From: Andalucia godoyi And28
Taxonomy: Eukaryota; Protista; Jakobida
Assembly (NCBI GenBank): GCA_009859145.1
Contig: VRVR01000016.1
Location: 111,389-175,388 of the forward strand
DNA: 64,000 nt
Reading direction: 5' to 3'
In this document: positions 54,151 through 64,000 of the stretch, piece by piece
Position numbering within the stretch: the first letter of the stretch is position 1
Layout: each line of letters starts with the position of its first letter
Notes under the pieces: model-generated
Databases searched by the model: none
What the model was told of the DNA's origin: nothing
What the model saw: only the letters and a program-made list of their open reading frames with translations
Translations under genes and position numbers: made by a program

Positions 54151-55566
54151 ATGAAGGCGTCTCGAAAGATACTGGTGCTTGGATCTGGCTTTGTGTCTGC
54201 TGGATTTGTGAATTACTTTGTGCAGCATGGAGAGACGAATGTGAAGTTGACGATTGCGTCGAATCTCGTTGATCAGGCGCAGAAGCTTATTGATGAGTTT
54301 GCTCCGGAGATCGGCCATGCCATTTTCTTTGATTTGAAAGACGAGGCAGCGAATCGAAAATTGATCAAAGAACATGATGTTGTTGTGTCGCTGCTTCCTG
54401 CGACTCTGCATGTCGTTATCGCGAAGCTGTGTGTGGAGGAGAAGAAGAACATGGTGACGACCAGCTACATCTCCAGCGAAATGGCGGGTCTTGATGCAGC
54501 GGCAAAGGCTGCAGGAATCATCATCATGAATGAAATCGGTCTTGATCCCGGCATCGACCACTGCTCTGCAAAAGCCGTTTTTGATGACATTCATGCCCGC
54601 GGCGGGAACGTAACGGGCTTTGTGTCGTACTGCGGAGGGCTTCCTGCTCCGGAAAACTCCCGCAATCCACTGGGATACAAGTTTTCATGGAACCCACGCG
54701 GCGTCCTCACCGCTGCCGAAGCCCCTGCTCGATTCCTGTGGAACGGAGAAGTCGTGGAGTACGACGCAGGCGAGACGTACGCGCATGCCATTCCGCAGAA
54801 GCAGTATCCGGGGTTCAACCTCGAAGGAGTAGCCAACCGCGACTCGATCAAGTACAGAGAGCTGTATGACATCCCAGAGGCAGAAACAGTGCTCCGAGGC
54901 ACTCTGCGATTCCCTGGCTTTGCAACGATGGTGCTCACGTTTCGAGCACTGGGGCTTACCGACACGACCGAGTACGGGGATGGCGCCGCGCCGGCGACGT
55001 GGCCTGCACTATTGAGTCGCGTTCTCAACGTACCGCAAGACATCTCCTCTCTGCGCGCGGCTGTCGAAGCAAAAGTCCAGGAAAGGTTTGCGGGGAGCCA
55101 GGGTCGTGTGAAGGACGCTCTTAATGGCCTGCAGTGGTTCGGGGTGTTCTTGGAGACTACCAAGGTGGACTTGGCTACGCGGTCTCCTATTGATTCGCTC
55201 ACAAGCTTGCTGAATGCAAAGCTTGTCTACGGAAAAGGAGAGCGTGATCTTGTGATTCTTACTCATGAGTTTACGTATCAGCTACCGGACCAGCCTCGTA
55301 GCCATGGTGCCACAGGAAAGCAGAGGAAGACGTCGACCCTGGTGCTGTACGGAGACCCCATTGGCTCGCATCGAGCGCTTACTGCGATGGCCCGATGCGT
55401 CGGTATTCCTTGTGCAATCGCGACACACCTCGTACTGGATGGCGTGATCACTCGAACCGGAGTCTGTGGACCGATGACCCCGGATCTCTACAAGCCGCTT
55501 CTGGCCAGCCTCGCTCAGAACGGCATCCATCTGGACGAGTTCGAGGAAGACGTCGTGGAATCGTAA
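54151..55566 (+). CDS. Stand-alone saccharopine dehydrogenase (L-glutamate-forming, Lys9-type)
   Basis: ILVLGSGFV, VVSLLP, VTTSYIS, MNEIGLDPGIDH, SYCGGLPAPENSRNPLGYKFSWNPRG and AMARCVGIP motifs. Confidence 0.95.
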   Translation: MKASRKILVLGSGFVSAGFVNYFVQHGETNVKLTIASNLVDQAQKLIDEFAPEIGHAIFFDLKDEAANRKLIKEHDVVVSLLPATLHVVIAKLCVEEKKNMVTTSYISSEMAGLDAAAKAAGIIIMNEIGLDPGIDHCSAKAVFDDIHARGGNVTGFVSYCGGLPAPENSRNPLGYKFSWNPRGVLTAAEAPARFLWNGEVVEYDAGETYAHAIPQKQYPGFNLEGVANRDSIKYRELYDIPEAETVLRGTLRFPGFATMVLTFRALGLTDTTEYGDGAAPATWPALLSRVLNVPQDISSLRAAVEAKVQERFAGSQGRVKDALNGLQWFGVFLETTKVDLATRSPIDSLTSLLNAKLVYGKGERDLVILTHEFTYQLPDQPRSHGATGKQRKTSTLVLYGDPIGSHRALTAMARCVGIPCAIATHLVLDGVITRTGVCGPMTPDLYKPLLASLAQNGIHLDEFEEDVVES

Positions 55567-56036
55567 TTGTAAAAATATCAACCAGCTGTAGTAAATTAGA
55601 GGGTTCAAATTTCCGAATCTTTTTTTTCCCCCCGAATTTTTTAAAATCGGAGATAAACTCACCCTTCTTCCTAGCGGCTATTCTTTTGAAATCTCAATGC
55701 TTTTCAAATCTCCATCTCTTGATTCTTTGATTCTTGAACTCCCGTTTGCTCAAAAAGCTCTCAACATTCTTATCCATTTCAGTTTTCCAAAACGTTTTTG
55801 TTATGAATGTTTTTTTAACTTTTACTTTTTATGTTTTAAACTTTTATTTTTAGTATTTTCATTTTCATTTTCATTTTCATTTTATTTTATTAAATTAAAT
55901 TTCTTTTTTGGAATCCGGCACCGTGAGCAACCGTCAACCGTCAACCGTCAAACTTCAACATCAGCACTCATTCACACAGTCACTCAATCATACAGTCACT
56001 TAGTCAATCACGCGTATACAGACAATAGCGAGACAA

Positions 56037-57833
56037 ATGTCGGATCCTTTGTCGAACTCGGATGGCGCGAGCTTGTCTCCTGACCGAAATGTTCTCGGAC
56101 AGCAGCAGCAACAGACGATGGTTGGTCCGTATATCCTTGGGCCGACGCTCGGGACTGGGTCGATGGGCAAGGTAAAGCTTGGGACGCATGGCGAAACTGG
56201 GCAAAAGGTTGCAATCAAGATTCTGAGAAAGGACATGCTTACTCGAAATCCGCTTTTGCGTAGGAAAGTTGAGCGTGAAATTGCAGTAATGAAACTTATG
56301 GATCATCCGAATGTGCTTTTGCTGTACGATGTGCTTCAGTCGACTCGGTATTTATACCTTATTCTCGAGCACGCTCCGAATGGAGAGATGTTTCATTTCT
56401 TGAGGCAGGAAGGAAAGCTTGATTCAAAGAGGGCATTTCACTTCTTCCGCCAGATCATTAATGGGCTGGAGTACTGCCATCAGCGCTTGATCTGCCATCG
56501 CGATCTCAAACCGGAGAATTTACTGCTCGACGCAAACACAAATGTCAAGATTGCGGATTTTGGAATGGCAAACATGATGCGGGAGGGCGAGTTTATGGAG
56601 ACGTCGTGTGGATCACCGCATTATGCTTCGCCAGAGGTTGTTCGTGGAGATAGGTACAATGGAATGCTCTCCGACGTCTGGTCTGCCGGTGTGATTCTGT
56701 ACGCGTTGGTGTTTGGACGATTGCCGTTTGATGACTCGGGTGGATCGCTCCAGAAAATCCTTCTCAAGGTGAAGAAGGGCGATTTTTCGTTCCCCAAGGA
56801 CGTTCAGGTCGATTCGGAAGTCAAGGATCTCATTTCAATGATGCTGCGCGTGGATCCTGAACAGAGAATCAAGGTCGCGGAAATCAAGCGCCATCCGTGG
56901 TGGGTCCATCAAATGGAGTTGCTTACTCCGGAACAGCGTGCGTACGGAAAGGTCACGACAGACGACTTTGACATGGAGCTTGCTCCAGTCGCCGAGACGG
57001 AAATCGATCTTGAAGTCATGAGAACGATCCAATCGCTTGGCTGGAACGACGCGGCATTGCTGAAATCGTCGCTCGGTTCTCGAGAGGAAAACGTCGAGAA
57101 GGTCATGTACTACACGCTGCTAAGACGAAAGGCCGGCCTCGCTTCTGCCGAATCAAATGATCAATCCGGCAACAATGCTGCCCCCTCGAATGCGCTTCCG
57201 AGTGCAAACGATAAGCTGTCTGTTGCAGATGCAGCGGCTGCGGAGGAGCTCCGGCGTGTCACCCCGGCGTCGCCTATTTTTGATGAGGATGAGCCCGGAA
57301 AGGGTCCGTCGCTTCCGCCGTCATCGACCCTTCACTCAACTGGCCATGGAGACTCGTCTCCAAAATTGAGGCCGCGTACCATGTCCATTGTCGATACTGA
57401 GGTCGCTCCGTCGTCATCTGCGTTGGGCGCAAAGAAGAAGAGCGCGAGACTGGACTCTGGATTTGGTCTGTTCTCAGACCGGTCACTTGCTGAGGTCATG
57501 TCGGAGCTGGAGCGCGTACTCAAGAAGCTTGAAATCCAGTGGGAGAAACCATCTGAGTACAAGATCCAAGCGTGGTCTCGAGTGCCGCAAAAGGTGGATT
57601 TCGATGTCGAAATATTGGAGGTCCCAGATGCTGGTGGCTATGTAGTCAACGTCATCAAGAAGAAGGGTGATCAGAGTGCAATTGTTGCCATTTTCCATCA
57701 GCTTCAGGAAGAGCTCAGATTAATGAGGAAGAGCAAGGACACGCCTGGGCATAATTCCGATGATGCAAAGAGTCCTCTTTCACGCAGGTCTTCGTCAAAT
57801 GAGCACCAAGCGACAAAGATTGCGGATGACTAG
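56037..57833 (+). CDS. SNF1/AMPK-related Ser/Thr kinase (BRSK/Nim1-like) with UBA and KA1-like domains
   Basis: LGTGSMGKV, VAIK, HRDLKPEN, DFG, SCGSPHYASPE and DVWSAGV motifs, followed by UBA-like and KA1-like segments. Confidence 0.95.
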   Translation: MSDPLSNSDGASLSPDRNVLGQQQQQTMVGPYILGPTLGTGSMGKVKLGTHGETGQKVAIKILRKDMLTRNPLLRRKVEREIAVMKLMDHPNVLLLYDVLQSTRYLYLILEHAPNGEMFHFLRQEGKLDSKRAFHFFRQIINGLEYCHQRLICHRDLKPENLLLDANTNVKIADFGMANMMREGEFMETSCGSPHYASPEVVRGDRYNGMLSDVWSAGVILYALVFGRLPFDDSGGSLQKILLKVKKGDFSFPKDVQVDSEVKDLISMMLRVDPEQRIKVAEIKRHPWWVHQMELLTPEQRAYGKVTTDDFDMELAPVAETEIDLEVMRTIQSLGWNDAALLKSSLGSREENVEKVMYYTLLRRKAGLASAESNDQSGNNAAPSNALPSANDKLSVADAAAAEELRRVTPASPIFDEDEPGKGPSLPPSSTLHSTGHGDSSPKLRPRTMSIVDTEVAPSSSALGAKKKSARLDSGFGLFSDRSLAEVMSELERVLKKLEIQWEKPSEYKIQAWSRVPQKVDFDVEILEVPDAGGYVVNVIKKKGDQSAIVAIFHQLQEELRLMRKSKDTPGHNSDDAKSPLSRRSSSNEHQATKIADD

Positions 57834-58221
57834 TCTCTGCATCTTCTGTGCGATCGTCTTCGTGTTGGCTCCAGACAATTGTTTCCGTTTTTCTATTAAT
57901 TTTTTTTCTTCCATTTTTTCCTCTCTCTCTCTTTTCAATCCTCTGTTGTTGTGTTTTTTAATTAAAGAATACGGGAATTGGAGAAAAGGGCGGCGGCGAA
58001 GAAACAGGAATTTGCAACAAAAAGAGGGCGTGAATCGACAATCAAATGAAGGCGGGAGAGAGATGATAATTTGTTCTGCTCATCTAATGTGTGGATTTTT
58101 CATGTCAAATTAAAAATTAAAAAAAAAAACAACGTCGCAGAAGTCCAAGAGGAAACCGACTCTGAAGGGGGGGCTTGGGGAGCCAGAGTGTGGAAGGAAA
58201 ATCAAAATCCGTCTTTCTAAC

Positions 58222-59295
58222 TCATGACTGTTTGGGCTTGACGCGTGATGGAACGACGATATGCTCGGTTTTGGATTTGATTTCGTGGCTCTTGACCGAG
58301 GAGCTCTCTTTTTCGAGAACAAAAATGCAAGCAAACACCATCAGCGCACACGCCCACTGTGCTGGTGCGAGATGATGTCCAAAGTACACAACCGACAAGA
58401 TAACCGAGAAGAACTTCCGGGTGGTTGTGATTAGAGCACACGCAAGCGACGAGTGGCTGACAATAACGTAGTGGATGAACACCTGGCCTCCAGCAGAGCA
58501 GAGCGAAAACGTGAGCAAGTCAATCAGAACCTCTGGGTTGCGCGCAACAAATCCGAAAGAATCATACAACTGCCCACTCGCCAAGATCATCGCAAACGAA
58601 TAAACAGTAGACCACACGTTATTGTACAGCATGGAAGCTATGGGGGACGGTTTTGCAGCGGAGCCCGTGTGGTCTTGGTATGCTCCACTGAAACCGTCAA
58701 ACAGCAATGACAGCAAAAGAAGGGCTGCTCCAAGAGGTTCCAGAGCAATCTCGCTCGTAACGGCTTTCGTGCTTGGTTTGAACAGCATGAAGGCAGAGAT
58801 GCCAGCACAGATGGCAAACACGCACGCATACTGCATCCGGGAGTACGGAGTCTTGAAAAAGAACGCTTTTGCAATGATAACGGGAATGGACTTTGAGCTC
58901 TTTGCGACCACCTGCGTCGGATACGGACAATAGTTGAGCGCCCATGTAGACGAAAGCATAGCACCAAACACAAAAAACGAGGGCTTCGCAAACTTGAGTA
59001 AAGCTGACAGAGAAAGCGACGAATACGACCTTCCCTTCTTTGGTGGGGTAAGTATATTCTGGAACGGAAGCAAGATCACGGCTGCGACAACATGAAACAT
59101 GCACTGCGCAAACATCAGGAACGGCTTCTGAGAAAAACGCTCATCCAAGACTCCGTAACGCTTCGTAACCATCTTCTCAAGCTCCAGACCATACAGAAAA
59201 TAGAAGAAATAGATTCCTGCAGTCGCCTTTAACACCGACAATACAGCGTGCTTTCGACTCGCGTGCTCCACAGCCGGATCCTTCTTTTCACTCAT
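58222..59295 (-). CDS. SLC35B1: UAA-family nucleotide-sugar/ATP transporter (SLC35B1/HUT1-like)
   Basis: ALNYCPYPTQVVAKSSKSIPV, LLFDGFSGAYQD, GQVFIHY and ITTTRKFFSVILS motifs. Confidence 0.88.
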   Translation of the reverse strand: MSEKKDPAVEHASRKHAVLSVLKATAGIYFFYFLYGLELEKMVTKRYGVLDERFSQKPFLMFAQCMFHVVAAVILLPFQNILTPPKKGRSYSSLSLSALLKFAKPSFFVFGAMLSSTWALNYCPYPTQVVAKSSKSIPVIIAKAFFFKTPYSRMQYACVFAICAGISAFMLFKPSTKAVTSEIALEPLGAALLLLSLLFDGFSGAYQDHTGSAAKPSPIASMLYNNVWSTVYSFAMILASGQLYDSFGFVARNPEVLIDLLTFSLCSAGGQVFIHYVIVSHSSLACALITTTRKFFSVILSVVYFGHHLAPAQWACALMVFACIFVLEKESSSVKSHEIKSKTEHIVVPSRVKPKQS

Positions 59296-59297
59296 GC

Positions 59298-59299
<2 letters not shown>

Positions 59300-59363
<64 letters not shown>
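59300..59363. repeat. (GT)n microsatellite
   Basis: Perfect run just upstream of the SLC35B1-like ATG. Confidence 0.97.
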
Positions 59364-59364
<1 letters not shown>

Positions 59365-59945
59365 ACGTTAATGATACAGAGAGAAGAGCGGGAATGACAG
59401 AGAAAGGGAATCAAAGTCTTTCCAAAGACCTTCTCAAATTCGTAGGCTGCGGTTTGTGAATAAAATTGACTATTAAAGTATTCAGAGAGGAACAACGACT
59501 CAAAACCAACAATTATGATGATGATGTACTTCCCAACTTCCAAAAGAGCAGCGTTGGCCATTGCAGTCTTTTGGTCTTCGCGTTTCGCGGACTGTAAGGA
59601 CGTGATTCGTCATACCAGACAGGACAGGCAAATAGGGGACTTTTGATTTTGCAAGACGCTCCCACTTCAACATAATCAAAGAACCGTAAATTTTTACAAA
59701 AAGCGTCATCTCCGCGACTACCAGCAGAGGTGCTAGAAGCAGAAGCAGGGAGCGGTGCAGGAGACGGGATTTGAGAAAAGGGATTTTAATTTTAAATAAA
59801 TAAATAAATAAATGAAAAGAAGAAATCTCGGGCTCTCTGAATTCAATTTACGGAAGCGACCTTATGGAGTATCCCGGCGAAGAAGAAGTAGAAGGAGATC
59901 AACGGAACGTGGGAGGGGAAAGAAAGAAAAACTCGACAACAGAAG

Positions 59946-62900
59946 TTAAATAAAGGAGAATCCAACGCACTCCATAATAGCAATTTCGAGCTTCTTTCGA
60001 AGAGTTTCTTCGTCGTCATACGGCGGCAGTTCTATTTGATTGATGCATGCATGAGCAGTGGGAAGGCGGTTCATCTCGCCGGCCCGGACGATTTTGAACT
60101 TGTTCTCGCCGGCTCCCCCGCCGAGCATGGCAAATCCTCCTGCGGGAACGACTGGAGAACCATGTACAAAATCCAGAAGACGCGCACGCTGCAATGCGTT
60201 CATTTTCCGGACGACGTTCCAGAAGAAACGGACAGTGGACGCTTCTTCTCCGGGATAACCTTCATACGACGTGTTGCGAGCCCAATCCTCAACATCGATT
60301 TCCTGAAGACCGTGAATGAACAAAGAGACTTCCGAAGGCGTGAACACGTCCAGCAGTGACAACGGAATAATAGTCGATAGACCTCGCACCAAGTGCAGCC
60401 ATAGATGGTTTCGTTCCTGGGGCAAATCACCCGGGCAGCAGTCCGGATCTGCAACAGGGAACACACTGCTGACGCCCGAAGGACCATACAATGCATTTCG
60501 AACATATGCGGCGGCGAACAAGCGCACATATGCGTGCACATTGTCCGAATTGACCGAGATGAATGCGCCGTCTTTGATGAGAGGGCAGCCATCGGAAAAC
60601 GTAAACTGCAAGTCCAATGCAGCAAGATCGGAGGCTGGCATGTCAACCAGCGCAAGAAGAGTCTTTCCAAAATGCGGATCCAACGCCTCCAAGTCGGTGA
60701 TCTTCACGGGACGCCCAAGCAATACCTTGATGAACAAGCGCGAAAGTTTGGACGGCATTTGCACATCATGTCGGGCAATGGTCATTCCGAGCAGCTGACC
60801 GAGGACACGCAGTCTGCGACGAAGCGACACGGAAGGTGAGGAACCCAAAGTCTGCGAAATTGCATTCGCTGCAAACATCACATCCGAGTTGCTCTGCGAT
60901 ACTGGAGCGAACAGAGGCAGTGTAGACGGGGGCTGCGGTTTGAAAAGCAATTGTTCGAAGGAAGATCTGAGAAATTCTCGTTCGGGACCCGCCCCAGAAC
61001 CAAGATCGTTGGCAAACTGAACATCCAGGCCAGATCGAAGATTGGCCGGGTGAACATTTGACCGACGTGCAATGGCAGGACTTGACGACCCTCGTTGCTC
61101 TGCATGCGGCGATCGCGAGCTGTCGTCGTCGATGTCAGGAAAAACCAATACCTGCAGTAAGAAGTCGGATTCTCGACCACGCTCAACGTCTCGAATCGGC
61201 GCGTGTGAAAGGGTTCCAGTTTCATTGTCACGATTGGGGCGCAAGAATTGCTCCCCTTGAGTAGCAGGGCCAGAGCGCTCCGCGGAAAAGCATTCACGCT
61301 CCTGAATGAGCTCCAAGGCCAAAGTAAACCAACGAGAACGCGCATTGAAATCTGCCAAAGCATGAGGATGCACCAGCAAGAATCGCAGCTCTCTCTGCAG
61401 CACGGCATGGCGGCCCCCAAATTCATCTCGCACAAGACGCGGAGACAGCGATATGGACCGCAAGGACTCATCGTGCTCCCGCAAGAACGTCTCCATTGCT
61501 GGAGGAAGACATGTCAACAAGGCAGGAGAGAAAAATTCCAATACTGGGTTATGGTCGCAAAGCTCCTCCACGGAAGACCACCAAGACGCGGTCAATTTGC
61601 ACAAGCCAAGACTCCAGTCAAAGAAGCAGCAAAGAGGCGTCTGTGTTTCCCCAAGCGCAGACACGGCTGGATGCGCAGTCACGTGGTCTTCAGAAGCCTG
61701 AAACCCCCCGCGATAAATCGGGACAGCTTCAATTAACCCGCGGTGAGCCACCTGCAATGCATCATCCTCTGAAAGCGAAGAAACACTCCACGTTCGACCA
61801 AGAGAGGCGGAACGATCAGCAGAAATGGGGGATGACATCAGGGACGATTCGGGAGAGAAGGCGGTGGAAGAGCCCGACATCAATTCATTCGCCATCGAAA
61901 GACTGAGAGCACATTGCAACAACTCTCCAAGTAGTCGCTCCCGAGCAGTAAACTTATCATCCACTCGAGAGTCATATTCCTGCTTCATCCGAGAAGCAGA
62001 TGGCGGCCCCGTTGCTTTCACTTTCTTGATCACGCGCTCCAGAATCTCGGAAGATCTCCACCGACGCTTGTCAAGAACTCCACCCAAACGACGGCTTATT
62101 CGCTCGAAACTGTCCGCGGAGGACAGTCCAAGTCCCAGCGCCTCGCGGAAAAATTCGAATCTTGAGCTGGAAGATGCACCCCTACTGCGAGATCTAGGAC
62201 CTGCCCCCATGCCGGGGACCATATAGGATAGAATCATACTGTCGATATCCCCGCTATTGGTCATCATTCGCATGTGCTCGTTTTCGGGATCCTCAAACAA
62301 TTTCATAATCGACTCCCTGGATACATTAGAAAACTTGTTCGAAGTGAACACCGACCGAAGAGTGCCAGGCAGCGAGCCGCGGCAGAAATGACACAGAAGA
62401 CTGGAAGCACGCAGCAACTCTCCAGGGAAAGGAATTCGTGCAGCCCACGCTGGTTGTGGGATGTTCGCGCGAGAATGCGCTTGACTCTGTTGTTGCTGCT
62501 GCTGTTCAATCATGTGCTGATTCAACCCAGAAGCGATGATTTCGTCAAGGAAGATCGGATCGCCGGCCGCAACTGCCCCAACTAACAATTCGCGGAAAAC
62601 TTCATTGTTCTGCACAAGTTCTTGTGCATTCTGCAACAAAGGATGCGATCGAATCACTTGCACTACTTCTGCAGGCAAGCTGTCCATGATGTTTTGGGCA
62701 GCGTCTTCCACATCCACCACCTCATCGTCATCTACGTCGGAAGAGACGTCGTCGTCATCATCCAATGCCGGCCAGGCACGCTCCGCCAAATGAAGTACGG
62801 TCGACAACAGCGCTCGACCCAAATCAGGAGTTTTCGAAGCAATCATATTTGTGAACAGCCCAAGAACGGGCAAGAAATACGTGTAGGAGAAGCACAGCGA

Positions 62901-64000
62901 AGGGTCTGGACCGGGGGTGTGCACATTCTTCACAGACAGCAGAACCATTCGAATGACACGCTCCTCTGTGGTAGTGTCAATTGAAGAAATTGACAGTCTG
63001 GACATCAAAAACACAGCATAGAGAGCAGAATTCGTCGCTACATGCGAAGACTGGCCAGCTTGGCACATGCCTCGAAGACGATCGAGGGAATCGAGGACAT
63101 CAGCAACGGAAACTTGCTGAGGAGTCAGCTTATTCATGACAGATACGGGCCGTGACGATTTTTCGATCAGCACACGGCACACAGCCCGGGGCAGCGGACG
63201 TTGAACTGGCACGTGCTGAAGCAGATCCACAACGAGGTCCGCTATTTTCGAACTAGATGGAGTATGCATGGTTGGCTGTCGCATCAATGCAGAATTTTCA
63301 ACGGCATCTACAATGTCTGCCCCGACAGAGATCAAAAACAAAGCCACAGTTCGCTTTCCACGCTCAAGAGCGATCGTCAATGGGGATCGCTTGGCATTGA
63401 GCGGATGCGCACGAGAAATCATTTGGGAACCAGAGTCGGAAGGGGAGGGCGGAGTGTCTCCGGCCCCACGGGCTCTCTTTGCCGCTTTTCCCCGAGCTGC
63501 GTTTGGTGACGGAGCCGGTTTGAGTAAAGCATAGAGCGAAGTATGCTGAAGCACAGAAAAATCCATGGATTGCACTCCAGTCACTGGATCCGCAGTCAAG
63601 GGCACCTGACGATCATCAAAAGCGCTGAAACACGCTTCCAACGCAAAATGAATAGGGTACAGGGCTCCAGCATTATTGCTGCCGGCACCAGTGGCAGGGT
63701 CGCTGGACGCATTTGGCCTCCTGCGCGCAGAGGATGATGCTGAGGCGGCAAGGTTCACGTCCACCGGGAAATCGGCGTCCGCACCCGCACTCAGCAAGAT
63801 TCCAACTGCGCCTACATCATTCTGGGCGCATGCAATCATCAGAGGGGTCATACCGTCTGAATCTCGCATGTTGATGTCGATATTTGGAGTCAGAATGATC
63901 AACTCTTGCAGACTCTCGTGAGCGCGCGCATGTACCGAGTAATGAATCGCGGTCGAGTTGTTACGGTCCACAGATTTCAGCAATACTGCATGGTCAGTGT
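59946..64000 (-). CDS. Ankyrin-repeat HECT E3 ubiquitin ligase (5' end outside the window)
   Basis: Ankyrin motifs TAIHYSV, GMTPLMIAC and SPLTIAL. HECT motifs GAGPEREF, FWNVV...QRARLLDFVHGS and LPTAHACINQIELPPY with the catalytic Cys. Confidence 0.93.
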   Translation of the reverse strand, partial: TDHAVLLKSVDRNNSTAIHYSVHARAHESLQELIILTPNIDINMRDSDGMTPLMIACAQNDVGAVGILLSAGADADFPVDVNLAASASSSARRRPNASSDPATGAGSNNAGALYPIHFALEACFSAFDDRQVPLTADPVTGVQSMDFSVLQHTSLYALLKPAPSPNAARGKAAKRARGAGDTPPSPSDSGSQMISRAHPLNAKRSPLTIALERGKRTVALFLISVGADIVDAVENSALMRQPTMHTPSSSKIADLVVDLLQHVPVQRPLPRAVCRVLIEKSSRPVSVMNKLTPQQVSVADVLDSLDRLRGMCQAGQSSHVATNSALYAVFLMSRLSISSIDTTTEERVIRMVLLSVKNVHTPGPDPSLCFSYTYFLPVLGLFTNMIASKTPDLGRALLSTVLHLAERAWPALDDDDDVSSDVDDDEVVDVEDAAQNIMDSLPAEVVQVIRSHPLLQNAQELVQNNEVFRELLVGAVAAGDPIFLDEIIASGLNQHMIEQQQQQQSQAHSRANIPQPAWAARIPFPGELLRASSLLCHFCRGSLPGTLRSVFTSNKFSNVSRESIMKLFEDPENEHMRMMTNSGDIDSMILSYMVPGMGAGPRSRSRGASSSSRFEFFREALGLGLSSADSFERISRRLGGVLDKRRWRSSEILERVIKKVKATGPPSASRMKQEYDSRVDDKFTARERLLGELLQCALSLSMANELMSGSSTAFSPESSLMSSPISADRSASLGRTWSVSSLSEDDALQVAHRGLIEAVPIYRGGFQASEDHVTAHPAVSALGETQTPLCCFFDWSLGLCKLTASWWSSVEELCDHNPVLEFFSPALLTCLPPAMETFLREHDESLRSISLSPRLVRDEFGGRHAVLQRELRFLLVHPHALADFNARSRWFTLALELIQERECFSAERSGPATQGEQFLRPNRDNETGTLSHAPIRDVERGRESDFLLQVLVFPDIDDDSSRSPHAEQRGSSSPAIARRSNVHPANLRSGLDVQFANDLGSGAGPEREFLRSSFEQLLFKPQPPSTLPLFAPVSQSNSDVMFAANAISQTLGSSPSVSLRRRLRVLGQLLGMTIARHDVQMPSKLSRLFIKVLLGRPVKITDLEALDPHFGKTLLALVDMPASDLAALDLQFTFSDGCPLIKDGAFISVNSDNVHAYVRLFAAAYVRNALYGPSGVSSVFPVADPDCCPGDLPQERNHLWLHLVRGLSTIIPLSLLDVFTPSEVSLFIHGLQEIDVEDWARNTSYEGYPGEEASTVRFFWNVVRKMNALQRARLLDFVHGSPVVPAGGFAMLGGGAGENKFKIVRAGEMNRLPTAHACINQIELPPYDDEETLRKKLEIAIMECVGFSFI

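Overview
Gene-dense, intron-poor eukaryotic nuclear DNA, probably from a free-living, mitochondrion-bearing protist (taxon not assignable from this window). About 28 GC-rich protein-coding genes are separated by short AT-rich or microsatellite-rich spacers. Recognisable genes: RNB exoribonuclease, RNase T2, MFS and ABCG transporters, AGMO, a secreted NlpC/P60-CHAP-like hydrolase, RhoGEF, NDUFAF5, WAC-DDT chromatin factor, alpha/beta hydrolase, PRIM2, RUS1-like, POLD1, ABITRAM, ENT, saccharopine dehydrogenase, BRSK-like kinase, SLC35B1-like and an ankyrin-HECT ligase. The most notable signal is missed by the ORF track: a frameshifted Fanzor/TnpB-type RNA-guided nuclease relic (26362-27423). It is followed by a densely structured candidate omegaRNA with an H-type pseudoknot, and the whole unit is bracketed by an exact 10-bp direct repeat (CGGGTCACTG). 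A second unexplained signal is a structured ~555-bp dispersed element present as two inverted copies (13.1-13.7 kb and 48.7-49.2 kb) plus a degenerate third copy (42.5-42.6 kb). All assignments come from manual motif recognition; no database search was run.
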